Below are positions 27,349 to 36,011 of a DNA stretch of 60,768 nt, in pieces. The stretch is from IMG/VR virus record IMGVR_UViG_3300045988_117276, one strand, 5' to 3'. A program made the translations under genes and the position numbers. The notes under the pieces were generated by a model, which saw only the letters and a program-made list of their open reading frames with translations, searched no databases and was not told the DNA's origin. Within the stretch, counting starts at the first letter, position 1; every line of letters begins with the position of its first letter. This DNA is from a virus.

Positions 27349-27521
27349 TTACCATTATAGAGAGCTGACGGTTGAGAACGAGTATAATCCATGAGTATTT
27401 CAAAATCAAGTCTACTCATCACTGCATGAGTATCATCAATTAGTATCAAGTAAGTTGGCGGCTGTTGCCAACACATCCCATAAGGATGCGTCATAGGTGG
27501 AATAATATTATCTTTATTCAT
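27312..27521 (-). CDS. Hypothetical protein (69 aa), possibly the 5' part of a frameshifted gene
   Basis: ORF; see the finding on 27226..27521. Confidence 0.45.
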   Translation of the reverse strand: MNKDNIIPPMTHPYGMCWQQPPTYLILIDDTHAVMSRLDFEILMDYTRSQPSALYNGKCGKHNMRMKVR

Positions 27522-27533
27522 TATTGATTTGTT

Positions 27534-28364
27534 TTACGTTATTTGATTTAAAATTTCCCTTTGAACAATTTCCTTTGCATTGAAACCGAATAAGCCTTTC
27601 TTTAATTCGTGAAACTCCGCAATGGGTATTTCATTGATGTAGTAGTAGAAAGCCTCGTATCCGTCCGAGAAATTGCGAGCAAGAAAGCCATTCGGATGAG
27701 TATTCATGTATATTCCAACGGATGCTATCACTTTACGAGCATAGCCGGGGAACATCTTAAATTCCAACTGCATCTGCCTGTAATTGCAGAGCGGGCAACC
27801 TACGCAACCATGTCGAGAAAGGTTATATGGAGCATCGTAATACTTTGAATATGGCAAACCACGCTCACGAATGTAATTCCAAACATCTTCTTCTGTCCAT
27901 GTGAGGATAGGAAGAATATGCTTTGCTCCTTTCATCCATTTTCTTGTATCACACTGCTCCGGCTCATAATCTTTTCGATTTATACTTTCGGCAGCTCTCA
28001 TTCCTTCAATACTTCGCTTACCAATTCCGTATCGTTCTTTCAGCTTCTCACAACAGAACCGACGCAAACGGGACGGAAAACCTTTTTCCTCAATCAGTCT
28101 AAAGAAAGATTTCTCCGGGTGCATTATCTGTACTTGTGGATAGTTCTTCTTTATAAAGCTAATCGTACCGGGAGGATCAACGGTAGTATTGGCATAGATA
28201 GCGTTATACTTTATACCGGAACGTTCTGCAAGGTCAAGAATAACAACGCTATCTTTTCCACCGGAAAAACCGAGGTTTAGGGGGGTATCGCATTCCATGC
28301 TGCGAAGGAAGTCGATTGCTTGCCGAATCTTCAAGTATAATTCCCAACTAATACTTTTGCTCAT
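27534..28364 (-). CDS. PAPS-reductase-family PP-loop enzyme
   Basis: GFSGGKDSVVILDLA is the SGGKDS PP-loop. A C-terminal Cys cluster (HGCVGCPLC) is present. Confidence 0.8.
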   Translation of the reverse strand: MSKSISWELYLKIRQAIDFLRSMECDTPLNLGFSGGKDSVVILDLAERSGIKYNAIYANTTVDPPGTISFIKKNYPQVQIMHPEKSFFRLIEEKGFPSRLRRFCCEKLKERYGIGKRSIEGMRAAESINRKDYEPEQCDTRKWMKGAKHILPILTWTEEDVWNYIRERGLPYSKYYDAPYNLSRHGCVGCPLCNYRQMQLEFKMFPGYARKVIASVGIYMNTHPNGFLARNFSDGYEAFYYYINEIPIAEFHELKKGLFGFNAKEIVQREILNQIT

Positions 28365-28386
28365 TACTGATTTGTTTTGAGCCTTT

Positions 28387-29547
28387 TCAGGCTACGTTAA
28401 TATTCATTTTCTCTTTCATAAAGGATAGGATGTGCACAATATAATCCCCTGTCCATCCGTTGCCTAGCATTCGGTACTGCTGCGTGTCGGAACATTCCCA
28501 TTTATACCAGGAAGGAATAGTCTGAAGGCGGGCGCATTCGGTAGGAGTCAGACGACGGATTAATCCTACAGCAATATTAGGAGACATTCCGCCACCACCC
28601 CTACATAAAGCAGGAGAAATACCATTAACATCGTAGATACGGTCCTGTTGATACGATTGTTTACCTCCGCTACCGGAAACCGGATTTATCTGGATAATAT
28701 TCCTAAGGGTCTCGCCAAATACTCCTCCTGTGTTGTTTCCACGGGGAGAACATACCAGATTTTCTTTTCCGTCTTTATAACATCTAGCCAACAAGGCATT
28801 GCTCTTCACGGTCGGAAATTGCGCTCCGAAGCCACTCTCCTTTTCCATGTGTCTTTTCTTATGGTTAATTATACCCGAAAGGGCTTTATCGCTCAAAAAA
28901 TACTTCTCGTCCACTTCGTCTTCAAGGATGTCTTTCAGCAAAATCCCCTTATCTTCCGGTTGCGGTATGTCAGAATGAAGTTCGCCAAACAATCCATTTC
29001 TCTTAGTCCGGATATTCGTCCAATAGATACGTCTCCGATTCTGTGCCGATACCAAGGCAGAATTGATATGCACACCATACACACCGATTGCTTCGCTCAG
29101 TACCCGTTCCCATTTCTTGCCCATTTCTACGTTTTCCAGCAAGAACAGCACATTCGGATTATATTTACGGATGTCAGTCAGAATACGCATATACTCCCAG
29201 AACAGATAAGACTCCCCTTCGAATTGAAAGCCTTCTTCTTTTAATCCCAGGTAGCGATCCAGAGTGTATATCTCTTCTTTATCCACAGTAGACATCCCGA
29301 CACGTTTGCCGGCAAAAGAGGATGACTGACAAGGACTGCCTCCTATCAACAAGTCAATTGGTTCCAACCGAGATACATCTACTCGGGTGACATCTCCGAG
29401 CTGAATTGTGTTCGGGAAGTTCAGTTGTGTCTGCTTGATGGCATGCTTGTCTATCTCAGAAGCGTAATACTTTTCCGGGATAATGCCAAGCTGCTTCAAA
29501 GCAATCTGACCACAGGACATGCCATCGAATAAACTTAGTACATTCAT
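28387..29547 (-). CDS. dcm: DNA (cytosine-5) methyltransferase
   Basis: Motif I LFDGMSCG, motif IV GGSPCQ, motif VI LLENV, motif VIII QNRRR and motif X GNGW. Confidence 0.9.
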   Translation of the reverse strand: MNVLSLFDGMSCGQIALKQLGIIPEKYYASEIDKHAIKQTQLNFPNTIQLGDVTRVDVSRLEPIDLLIGGSPCQSSSFAGKRVGMSTVDKEEIYTLDRYLGLKEEGFQFEGESYLFWEYMRILTDIRKYNPNVLFLLENVEMGKKWERVLSEAIGVYGVHINSALVSAQNRRRIYWTNIRTKRNGLFGELHSDIPQPEDKGILLKDILEDEVDEKYFLSDKALSGIINHKKRHMEKESGFGAQFPTVKSNALLARCYKDGKENLVCSPRGNNTGGVFGETLRNIIQINPVSGSGGKQSYQQDRIYDVNGISPALCRGGGGMSPNIAVGLIRRLTPTECARLQTIPSWYKWECSDTQQYRMLGNGWTGDYIVHILSFMKEKMNINVA

Positions 29548-29627
29548 CTCTATCTTAAATTTAATTTCAAGTCAATTCTTCATCGCTAAGATTAAGTCGC
29601 TCACCGTTTCTTTCGGATCATTAAGGG

Positions 29628-29656
29628 AGTCCTGCTCACATACAATGAGCAGGACT
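29628..29656 (-). terminator. Strong hairpin after the DUF4494 gene (no U tract)
   Basis: agtcctgctca-catacaa-tgagcaggact, an 11-bp perfect stem. Confidence 0.4.
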
Positions 29657-29675
29657 GCAACTACCTTTGGATTAC

Positions 29676-30161
29676 TCATTCCTCCTTTTTCTTTTCGTCC
29701 GATTCAAGCTTGGCATCCTTGTCAGCTGTATAAGGATATACATCCATGATAGCTGTTTCTACGACTGAGGGCACCTGATAGTCTGCCATTGTGCCTTTCA
29801 TGCCGGCATCAAGGTTCTTCTTCGCCCGTTCGAGGTCCGAAGCCTGTACCAACACATAGGTACTTGTTTTTTTCTCGGCTCCGCTCTTATCATCCAATGT
29901 GATGTAGCACAGTTTACATTTAAACCAGCGGTCGTCACACTCTGCGTCGCTGGGGAATATCTCGCTATAGTTGGCGCGTTTGATATCAGAGACGGTAAAC
30001 ACTCCGGAGATGAAGGGAGTCGTCTCTTCTATTATCCGTGCTTCCGCCTCCGTGAAGCTGAGAGCATCTACCAGATAAGGTTCAGTCACTTTTTTCTGCA
30101 TTCCGTTTTCAACGACTTTCTCGTAACGGATCTTACATTCAAACCATGTGTGCATTCCCAT
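29676..30161 (-). CDS. DUF4494-type protein, copy A
   Basis: MHTWFECKIRYEKVVENGMQKKVTEPYLVDALSFTEAEARI... About 75-80% identical to 35121..35564. Confidence 0.75.
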   Translation of the reverse strand: MGMHTWFECKIRYEKVVENGMQKKVTEPYLVDALSFTEAEARIIEETTPFISGVFTVSDIKRANYSEIFPSDAECDDRWFKCKLCYITLDDKSGAEKKTSTYVLVQASDLERAKKNLDAGMKGTMADYQVPSVVETAIMDVYPYTADKDAKLESDEKKKEE

Positions 30162-30163
30162 AA

Positions 30164-30538
30164 TTATTTGTCTTTTTCAGGTTCGTCAATATATTTATCT
30201 GCAAAACGGTCAAGCGCTTTGATACACTTGTCCGGAAGCTGCTTTGTTGTATCATTTGTTCTGATATAGTCAATCGTACCACCGATACCATAGATATAAA
30301 GCAGCTCCTTGGTCGTCGGAATGAAAATATTCGCCATTGCCGCTATTACACCACAGACAACAAAGCGCTTCAACCATTTGAAGAATGCGTGTGCGCTGTC
30401 CTCATCATCGATTACATCACCCTCCGAAGCTGCCAGGACAAACAACATACCAAGGATAATTATCAAAGTTACAATCCATACGACCATAAACGCAGTGGAC
30501 AGGTTACCAACTACGGTCATCCAATAAATTTCATTCAT
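30164..30538 (-). CDS. Two-TM membrane protein (124 aa)
   Basis: Hydrophobic segments (MTVVGNLSTAFMVVWIVTLIIILGMLFVLAA and VVCGVIAAMANIFI). Confidence 0.55.
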   Translation of the reverse strand: MNEIYWMTVVGNLSTAFMVVWIVTLIIILGMLFVLAASEGDVIDDEDSAHAFFKWLKRFVVCGVIAAMANIFIPTTKELLYIYGIGGTIDYIRTNDTTKQLPDKCIKALDRFADKYIDEPEKDK

Positions 30539-30558
30539 AATGTAAAAAAATTAAATTA

Positions 30559-30789
30559 TTAATATTTGAGGTTATTTTTTCTCTTCTCAGGTTCTTCATA
30601 TTTCCAGCCGTTGAGCCGGTAACACTCCTTGCGGGCTTCCTCACAGGTGGGGAATTCACCAACCTTGTCTACCTCGAGGATATCTCCTATCTCCAACCAG
30701 TGATAAACTGCCCACCGGCTACCGATGGGAGCATATGAGTATTTAGGACGCCTGATCTTCTTTCTTTGGTTCCACATAGAATGTTTCAT
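30559..30789 (-). CDS. Hypothetical basic protein (76 aa)
   Basis: ORF. Confidence 0.45.
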   Translation of the reverse strand: MKHSMWNQRKKIRRPKYSYAPIGSRWAVYHWLEIGDILEVDKVGEFPTCEEARKECYRLNGWKYEEPEKRKNNLKY

Positions 30790-31126
30790 CTTGTACTACG
30801 ACCATACCACATTTAGCCAATTTTTCTGCTACCTCTTCCTTGTCGTCGTCACCGCAGCGATCTATCAGCAGCTTGATGAAGGCAAGGAGACAGTCTGAGT
30901 CGTTTCCGAAGTTCTCCTGAGTAGAAAGCTGGGTCTTGTCTACATCTTGCTTCAGCCGGCGTATAGCGGCTATCGCCGTGTTGAAATTGTGCTTGGCATC
31001 GTGACGCAGATCATAACCCTGCTTTTTCATTTCACTTCTCATGTCGAGGAGAAGAGTTTCTACGACATCTGTCAACACATACGTTAAGTTGAGAGTCGTA
31101 TTAAGATCTGTTGTTCCTATTAGCAT
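30743..31126 (-). CDS. Hypothetical protein (127 aa)
   Basis: ORF. Confidence 0.5.
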   Translation of the reverse strand: MLIGTTDLNTTLNLTYVLTDVVETLLLDMRSEMKKQGYDLRHDAKHNFNTAIAAIRRLKQDVDKTQLSTQENFGNDSDCLLAFIKLLIDRCGDDDKEEVAEKLAKCGMVVVQDETFYVEPKKEDQAS

Positions 31127-31144
31127 GATTTATGTGTTATAACA

Positions 31145-31810
31145 TTAAACATTTCTTTTGCTATCTGACGTGTAAAACTTATCAAGATTCCCCTTTTGCT
31201 TGACAAACTTTCTTTGACATAGCATTTCAGATATACTGTTGGAAAGCTCCAAAGCCTTTATAGCTTCTTCATCGCCATCTTTAGCTCTTGATTCAAGTTC
31301 AGCACGATATTCCTCATAAAACAAGCCATTCGTCGGCTTGGCTTCTTCTGCATTGTGAGCTTTATGTTCGTTATATGACTGATTATCAGCAGTAGAGCAA
31401 CGCTCTTTATTGTATTCCTTAAACCAGCTCATAATAACTTGACCGTCAATGCGATTATATATCTTGCCATACTTCATCTTCATAGCATTTTTAAAGCACA
31501 ACTTGATATCGTCCAGTTTCATGTATGCATATTCCTCAATAATCAGATCTACGGTCATTGCAACTTGGACATCAGACATCGTTTCTGCTGCATTGAAGAA
31601 TTCTAATGCGTCAGCTAGTAGATATACTACTGCTGCACGAGCTTTTGTCTCTCCAAGATTCTTAATTATAGTCCCAATCAAAGGTTCATGGGAAAGAAAT
31701 ACGTCTTCAATCCTTCTTGGATTCAGCGCCTTGCAGTATTGCTCCGGCGAGTTGCTTAAGGCGGCTAACTGACTCCCTTCTTGTTGTCGCAGTATCAGCT
31801 CGTTTTCCAT
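31145..31810 (-). CDS. Replication-module protein of unknown function
   Basis: Start set at MENELILRQQ. Even so, it overlaps the 3' end of the initiator gene by 104 nt. Confidence 0.5.
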   Translation of the reverse strand: MENELILRQQEGSQLAALSNSPEQYCKALNPRRIEDVFLSHEPLIGTIIKNLGETKARAAVVYLLADALEFFNAAETMSDVQVAMTVDLIIEEYAYMKLDDIKLCFKNAMKMKYGKIYNRIDGQVIMSWFKEYNKERCSTADNQSYNEHKAHNAEEAKPTNGLFYEEYRAELESRAKDGDEEAIKALELSNSISEMLCQRKFVKQKGNLDKFYTSDSKRNV

Positions 31811-32630
31811 TATAATTTCCCTCCAGTATCTTTGTATAATTAGCTTGTTTAAATATCCAATCAAAATCACATTTCCAGTTGTGGTCATTGCCCCCGAGGA
31901 GAAAAGAACTTTGAAGCACAAGGTTAAATACAGTTCTAATGCTTTCTTTGCCGTATTGGGCTATACGTGCTTTAACTGCTTTCTTCCGTGTTTCGGTCAT
32001 TGATTTTATAGCCGGAAGCTTATCTCTAAACAAGCTATTATACCAATTCATCAAACCTACCCAATCAATTTTTTGGGAGTGGGACAAAGAAAGCTCGTCT
32101 TTCTTTTCTTCTCCGTTAGGAGAAGTTTCTTTATTATTTTCCTTTTCTTTTCTTTTCTTTCTATTTACTTTTACTTTACTTTTACTTTGTTCATTATCGC
32201 TATGATTAATTGAATTATTTGTGCAATTAATTGAATTGTTTGCACAATTAATTAAATATTCGGGGATAATAGTCGTTTCTTTGCGTTGATAAGTAGCAAG
32301 AAGAAATCTCTTTTGAATGCCAGAAGATGTGAGTATTTTATATTTCTCATAAAGTTCCTGATCGAAAAAACCAACCTGTAATGATTTTATCAAAACTTCT
32401 TTTACTGCGCCCTCGGAAACCCCAACTGTGTCAGCAATAACAAAAGGCAAATCTTTGTCCCACAAAATGTAATACCCTTCATCCTTGTAGATATTACACA
32501 GCAGGCAAATAAGTATAGAAGTAGATTGAGACCCACAGGCCCGTGATATCTTTCTTATCTTAACATCTGTAAAGAAACCAACATCCATAGGGAAATAATC
32601 TATTCCCTGCTTTGTAGGTCTTCCAGCCAT
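31707..32630 (-). CDS. Replication initiator/organiser, DUF4373 (Lin1244/Lin1753-like N-terminal) with a DnaD-like C-terminal half
   Basis: GIDYFPMDVGFFTDVKIRKISRACGSQSTSILICLLCNIYKDEGYYILWDKD...ILTSSGIQKRF matches the DUF4373 pattern. Confidence 0.75.
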   Translation of the reverse strand: MAGRPTKQGIDYFPMDVGFFTDVKIRKISRACGSQSTSILICLLCNIYKDEGYYILWDKDLPFVIADTVGVSEGAVKEVLIKSLQVGFFDQELYEKYKILTSSGIQKRFLLATYQRKETTIIPEYLINCANNSINCTNNSINHSDNEQSKSKVKVNRKKRKEKENNKETSPNGEEKKDELSLSHSQKIDWVGLMNWYNSLFRDKLPAIKSMTETRKKAVKARIAQYGKESIRTVFNLVLQSSFLLGGNDHNWKCDFDWIFKQANYTKILEGNYNGKRADTATTRRESVSRLKQLAGAILQGAESKKD

Positions 32631-32640
32631 AATTGTTTAA

Positions 32641-32808
32641 TTAATACGCATGAATACAATTTCTCTTACTATCAGCGACAAAACGCCGTTTAAGCTTATA
32701 ACAGTAGGCAATACGTGGATTTCCCTTGGCTGTGGGAACAATAGTTCCATTATTGCATTTTGCGCAAGTATCTGGGCGGATAACTTGCTTGTCTGATTTC
32801 TTTTTCAT
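32641..32808 (-). CDS. Possible small Cys-containing protein (55 aa, below the track cutoff)
   Basis: Own translation: MKKKSDKQVIRPDTCAKCNNGTIVPTAKGNPRIAYCYKLKRRFVADSKRNCIHAY. Confidence 0.35.
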   Translation of the reverse strand: MKKKSDKQVIRPDTCAKCNNGTIVPTAKGNPRIAYCYKLKRRFVADSKRNCIHAY

Positions 32809-32856
32809 GATTAATATTGTTGTAGGGCTACCTACCAGTAGCCCCCGTTGGTTACA

Positions 32857-33546
32857 TTAAATCGGTAATACGTTTGGATGTTTTTTGTAATACAAGTTGG
32901 TAAGTGCAGATTTTAATTGCTGATAGTTTTTTACTATACCTATCTCAATCCATTGTGCGATATTCATTTCAAGTTCGTATAATTCCCTCAACTTGCTTTC
33001 GTCTGCAATTTTGTTTCTCATTTCACTTTCATGCTTCCCATATACTATGATATTAAGAGAACGAGCAAGGTCTTTTACTTTTTCTCTGAATATTTCTTCG
33101 GGAAGAATAGATTTTACGGCCTTACACATTGTTGGATAAGCATCGCCAGACAAATTACGAAACTTAATCATTTCGTCTTGAACAAATTTTACTACATCGT
33201 ATTTGAAGTAGGGATTAATCCACATACTTATATCTATAAATAGCATCGGATGAACCCAAGTACCTCCATGTTTTCCTCTTGTGGCATCAATTATACCCTT
33301 GCCGCTGTGAATGTTCTCCTTCTCTAATATCACCTTTATATAATCAGATGTTGAACTATTATTCATATAGTCATCCAAATCCTTCTTTTTTAAAACCCCA
33401 TTTTTCTGGGTATTTAGAATTTGCTGATTATCAACATGTGAATTCCACTGCTTCAGCAATTCCGTTGCATTGAAAAAGCCATCACAAGTTCGTTGTGTTA
33501 CTTTGAATTCACCCATCGGGCGAACCATAATTTGATTTGTCTTCAT
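32857..33546 (-). CDS. KilA-N domain protein
   Basis: FFNATELLKQW...RGKHGGTWVHPMLFIDISMWINPYF. Confidence 0.7.
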   Translation of the reverse strand: MKTNQIMVRPMGEFKVTQRTCDGFFNATELLKQWNSHVDNQQILNTQKNGVLKKKDLDDYMNNSSTSDYIKVILEKENIHSGKGIIDATRGKHGGTWVHPMLFIDISMWINPYFKYDVVKFVQDEMIKFRNLSGDAYPTMCKAVKSILPEEIFREKVKDLARSLNIIVYGKHESEMRNKIADESKLRELYELEMNIAQWIEIGIVKNYQQLKSALTNLYYKKHPNVLPI

Positions 33547-33659
33547 ATAATTAAATTTTTAGATTTTACTTTGGTAAAAAAACTTCTCTCCCTTTTTGCG
33601 AAAAGTGAGGTAGCCCACATATAGGATACCAAGCACGATTAATATTTCAATCATGGCTA

Positions 33660-34136
33660 TTATCTTTTAATTATCCCTGTCCTTCTATATTCTTCCCATT
33701 TATCGTACTGTTTCGTTTTAACGAGATAATGGAAACATGAACACTTTAGCTCTACTTCCTGTCGCTCGATTATTCTAGTCCATCGGAGCGTTTCCCTTGT
33801 TCGTTCAAGCTCTTTTTCAAGAGCCGCTATTCTTCGTTTGTCTGCTGCGCTTGACTTGGCTACTTTTGGTAGTACTTCGGCTGTCTTGTGGAACACTTCA
33901 CGATACACATCAAATACAGGACGAACCTTGCGAGCGATGAAGTATTCAAGGCAGGAGACGGAGAGGTAGTAGTCAATCTTATTTTGCCCGCCTCTCGTTC
34001 GCTCACCATTTTGGGCGAGCGGCTGATAATCAACGCCTTCTATGAAACTTTCTTTTAAAGCTCGTACAGCCTTGTCTTTTGCTGAATAGCACAACATCCA
34101 GCAACTATCAAGGTTTACAGGATAGGTTATTTCCAT
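33660..34136 (-). CDS. AntA/AntB-type antirepressor-like protein
   Basis: FIEGVDYQPLAQNGERTRGGQNKIDYYLSVSCLEYFIARKVRPVF. The start may lie further upstream, up to 34280. Confidence 0.6.
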   Translation of the reverse strand: MEITYPVNLDSCWMLCYSAKDKAVRALKESFIEGVDYQPLAQNGERTRGGQNKIDYYLSVSCLEYFIARKVRPVFDVYREVFHKTAEVLPKVAKSSAADKRRIAALEKELERTRETLRWTRIIERQEVELKCSCFHYLVKTKQYDKWEEYRRTGIIKR

Positions 34137-34468
34137 TTTGGAAATAGCCAGAATAGTTTTGAAATAACGTTTGATTTCTTCGGTTGAAGAAGATAATGAT
34201 AAGATGCACGTGTCGTGTGCAGACGTGAGTCTACAATTTACTATACTTCGATTGCTACTCAATTTCATTGGACTTGGCATGTGATGAAATTTGAGTTATT
34301 AAAATAAGAAAGGCTATCGCCTCACGAACCGCCAAGTCCAAGTTATTACATAATTGTAGTAACTCATGTGAGTGATAGCCCCTATATCTTGCAATATAAA
34401 CGCAAAGCATAGCCACAAAAATAGCTACTACAAATAATGTCTAATACATGAACTTGGCGTGTTCACCG

Positions 34469-34499
34469 CAAAGATACACTCAAATTTCAAAATACCAAA
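34469..34499 (-). promoter_or_regulatory. Promoter: -7 TATCTTTG (plus-strand caaagata 34469..34476) and -33 TTTG (34496..34499)
   Basis: TAnnTTTG match with a 19-nt spacer to TTTG. Confidence 0.45.
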
Positions 34500-34515
34500 T
34501 GAAAATCTTATTTTT

Positions 34516-34878
34516 TTAATCCAAAGTCCTAATCGTTATCTCCACACGTGGATTTTCCTTGTCTACAAACTTGCGTGCATGAATAAGACAACAATTATTG
34601 TCGTTCTTAATGCATTTGATTCGCTGAAGCACATCTAATTGTAGCTTTAATACATTATCAAGGTCGCTCCGTTTACTTGGGTAGTACACATCAATATAGA
34701 ACTCAAATGGCTCGTTGATATTCAAATCCCTCAACTTTCCTGCCTGCCAAATAAAGGATTCCTCATACTTTTTCAAGGAATGAGTTTTGGCTAGGCATCC
34801 GTGCCCGTTGATTGATACTATCTTATAGCAATTAGCCTTAGAAGGAGCGTTCCCTTTGATTATTGTCTTATATTCCAT
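34516..34878 (-). CDS. rusA: RusA-like Holliday-junction resolvase
   Basis: YIDVYYPSKRSDLDNVLKLQLDVLQ carries the D-x-DN catalytic region. Start set at MEYKTIIKG; the longer track ORF runs into the tRNA-like element. Confidence 0.7.
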   Translation of the reverse strand: MEYKTIIKGNAPSKANCYKIVSINGHGCLAKTHSLKKYEESFIWQAGKLRDLNINEPFEFYIDVYYPSKRSDLDNVLKLQLDVLQRIKCIKNDNNCCLIHARKFVDKENPRVEITIRTLD

Positions 34879-34920
34879 ACTATCGTCTGGCATTCTTGTT
34901 TGGTGATTGTTATTTTCATG

Positions 34921-35064
34921 TGGAGACGGGGCGATTCGAACACCCAATCAAGGACTAAATCCTTTTGCGCTACTTCCAAGGTTAATTACTCCTTATATCT
35001 CACGTACCGTACTTTCTAACATGTGCACCTCTCGAAAGTCAAAAGCACTCCACTGCGCATCTCC
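34921..35064 (-). ncRNA. Non-canonical tRNA-like RNA no. 1 (144 nt)
   Basis: 7-bp acceptor stem GGAGATG/CGTCTCC. T arm GGGTG-TTCGAAT-CGCCC. A73 discriminator. 19-nt D region. A 5-bp stem begins at canonical position 27 but closes a 17-nt loop containing GUGCAC. The variable region is about 66 nt. Confidence 0.5.
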
Positions 35065-35120
35065 ATGTTCGCCCGCCAATCTTCACAGACAAGCAGGCTG
35101 GGGTAAAAAGGTTAACAAAG

Positions 35121-35564
35121 CTATTCCTTTGCTTCATAAGGATATACATCCATAATAGGCGTTTCAGACACAGATGCTATTTGATAATCTGCCATCGTCC
35201 CCTTCATGCCTTCGTCTAGCTTCTTGACAGCATCTCTTAAATTGGAAGCCTGAACAAGTACATGAGTAGATGTTTTCTTTTCAGCACCGCTTTTTTCATC
35301 AAGCGTGATAAATACCAATTTGCATTTAAACCAGCGATCAGCCGATTCTTCTTCAGAAAAGAATATCTCCGAATAATTAGCTCTCTTTATATCAGAAACT
35401 GTAAACTCCCCACTGATAAAGGGTGTCATTTCTTCAATACATTTACCTTCACTCTCTGTGAAAGACAGAGCATCAAACAAATAAGGTTCTGTAACCTTTT
35501 TCTGCATTCCATTTTCCGCTACTTTCTCATAACGGATTTTCACTTCAAACCATGTGTGCATCAT
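35121..35564 (-). CDS. DUF4494-type protein, copy B
   Basis: MMHTWFEVKIRYEKVAENGMQKKVTEPYLFDALSFTESEGK... Paralogue of 29676..30161. Confidence 0.75.
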   Translation of the reverse strand: MMHTWFEVKIRYEKVAENGMQKKVTEPYLFDALSFTESEGKCIEEMTPFISGEFTVSDIKRANYSEIFFSEEESADRWFKCKLVFITLDEKSGAEKKTSTHVLVQASNLRDAVKKLDEGMKGTMADYQIASVSETPIMDVYPYEAKE

Positions 35565-35576
35565 AAATAACTATTT

Positions 35577-36011
35577 TTATACAAATTCTTTGTTTCTTCC
35601 AACTTCAATTTCCATCAGTTGTATTAGTCGTTCCTCGTTTGGGGCAGGGAGATATACAGAAAAAGCTTCATTCATTACAGACCAATTTCTCCATCTTTCT
35701 ATAGATAGCGACATTTCTCTCGTGTCAAGCTCGTAAGTATGCCTTATGTATCTCACTTTCTCACCGGCTATTTCTTTATCTACAAAATAAATGTCCTTGT
35801 TTATTTCCTTATATATTGACTCTGCTTCATCATTTGTATATCCTGTTTGCGTAGCCCAGTATCCAATAAGAAGCCATAAATAAGAATTTTGATTCAGGCT
35901 TCTTTTAGGCTTCTTTTCTGTTAATTCTACTATTTTCCCGTTTTTAACAAGCAAAGCGGAACGAGATTTAAACTGTTCCGCTTGTAATGGATTAGAAAGA
36001 TCGTACAACAT
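35577..36011 (-). CDS. NinB/Orf-family recombination mediator
   Basis: KRSLNQNSYLWLLIGYWA matches the RSLDQNRKLWACLGD motif of lambda NinB. Similar length (144 aa). Confidence 0.6.
   Translation of the reverse strand: MLYDLSNPLQAEQFKSRSALLVKNGKIVELTEKKPKRSLNQNSYLWLLIGYWATQTGYTNDEAESIYKEINKDIYFVDKEIAGEKVRYIRHTYELDTREMSLSIERWRNWSVMNEAFSVYLPAPNEERLIQLMEIEVGRNKEFV

Noticed and set aside
34879-34947. The N-terminal extension of the RusA ORF (MGVRIAPSPHENNNHQTRMPDDS).
   Set aside because: It overlaps the tRNA-like element's 3' end and is not RusA-like. The internal ATG at 34878 (or 34893) fits better.
34950-34964. An ochre-suppressor tRNA (anticodon UUA) read from the AAGGA-TTTAG-TCCTT hairpin inside tRNA-like RNA no. 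1, with possible stop-codon recoding.
   Set aside because: That fold needs a 4-bp stem with a 3-nt variable loop or a 5-nt loop, and it has no matching 5' acceptor or D arm at ~75 nt. All structural genes read as long ORFs in the standard code, so there is no sign of recoding.
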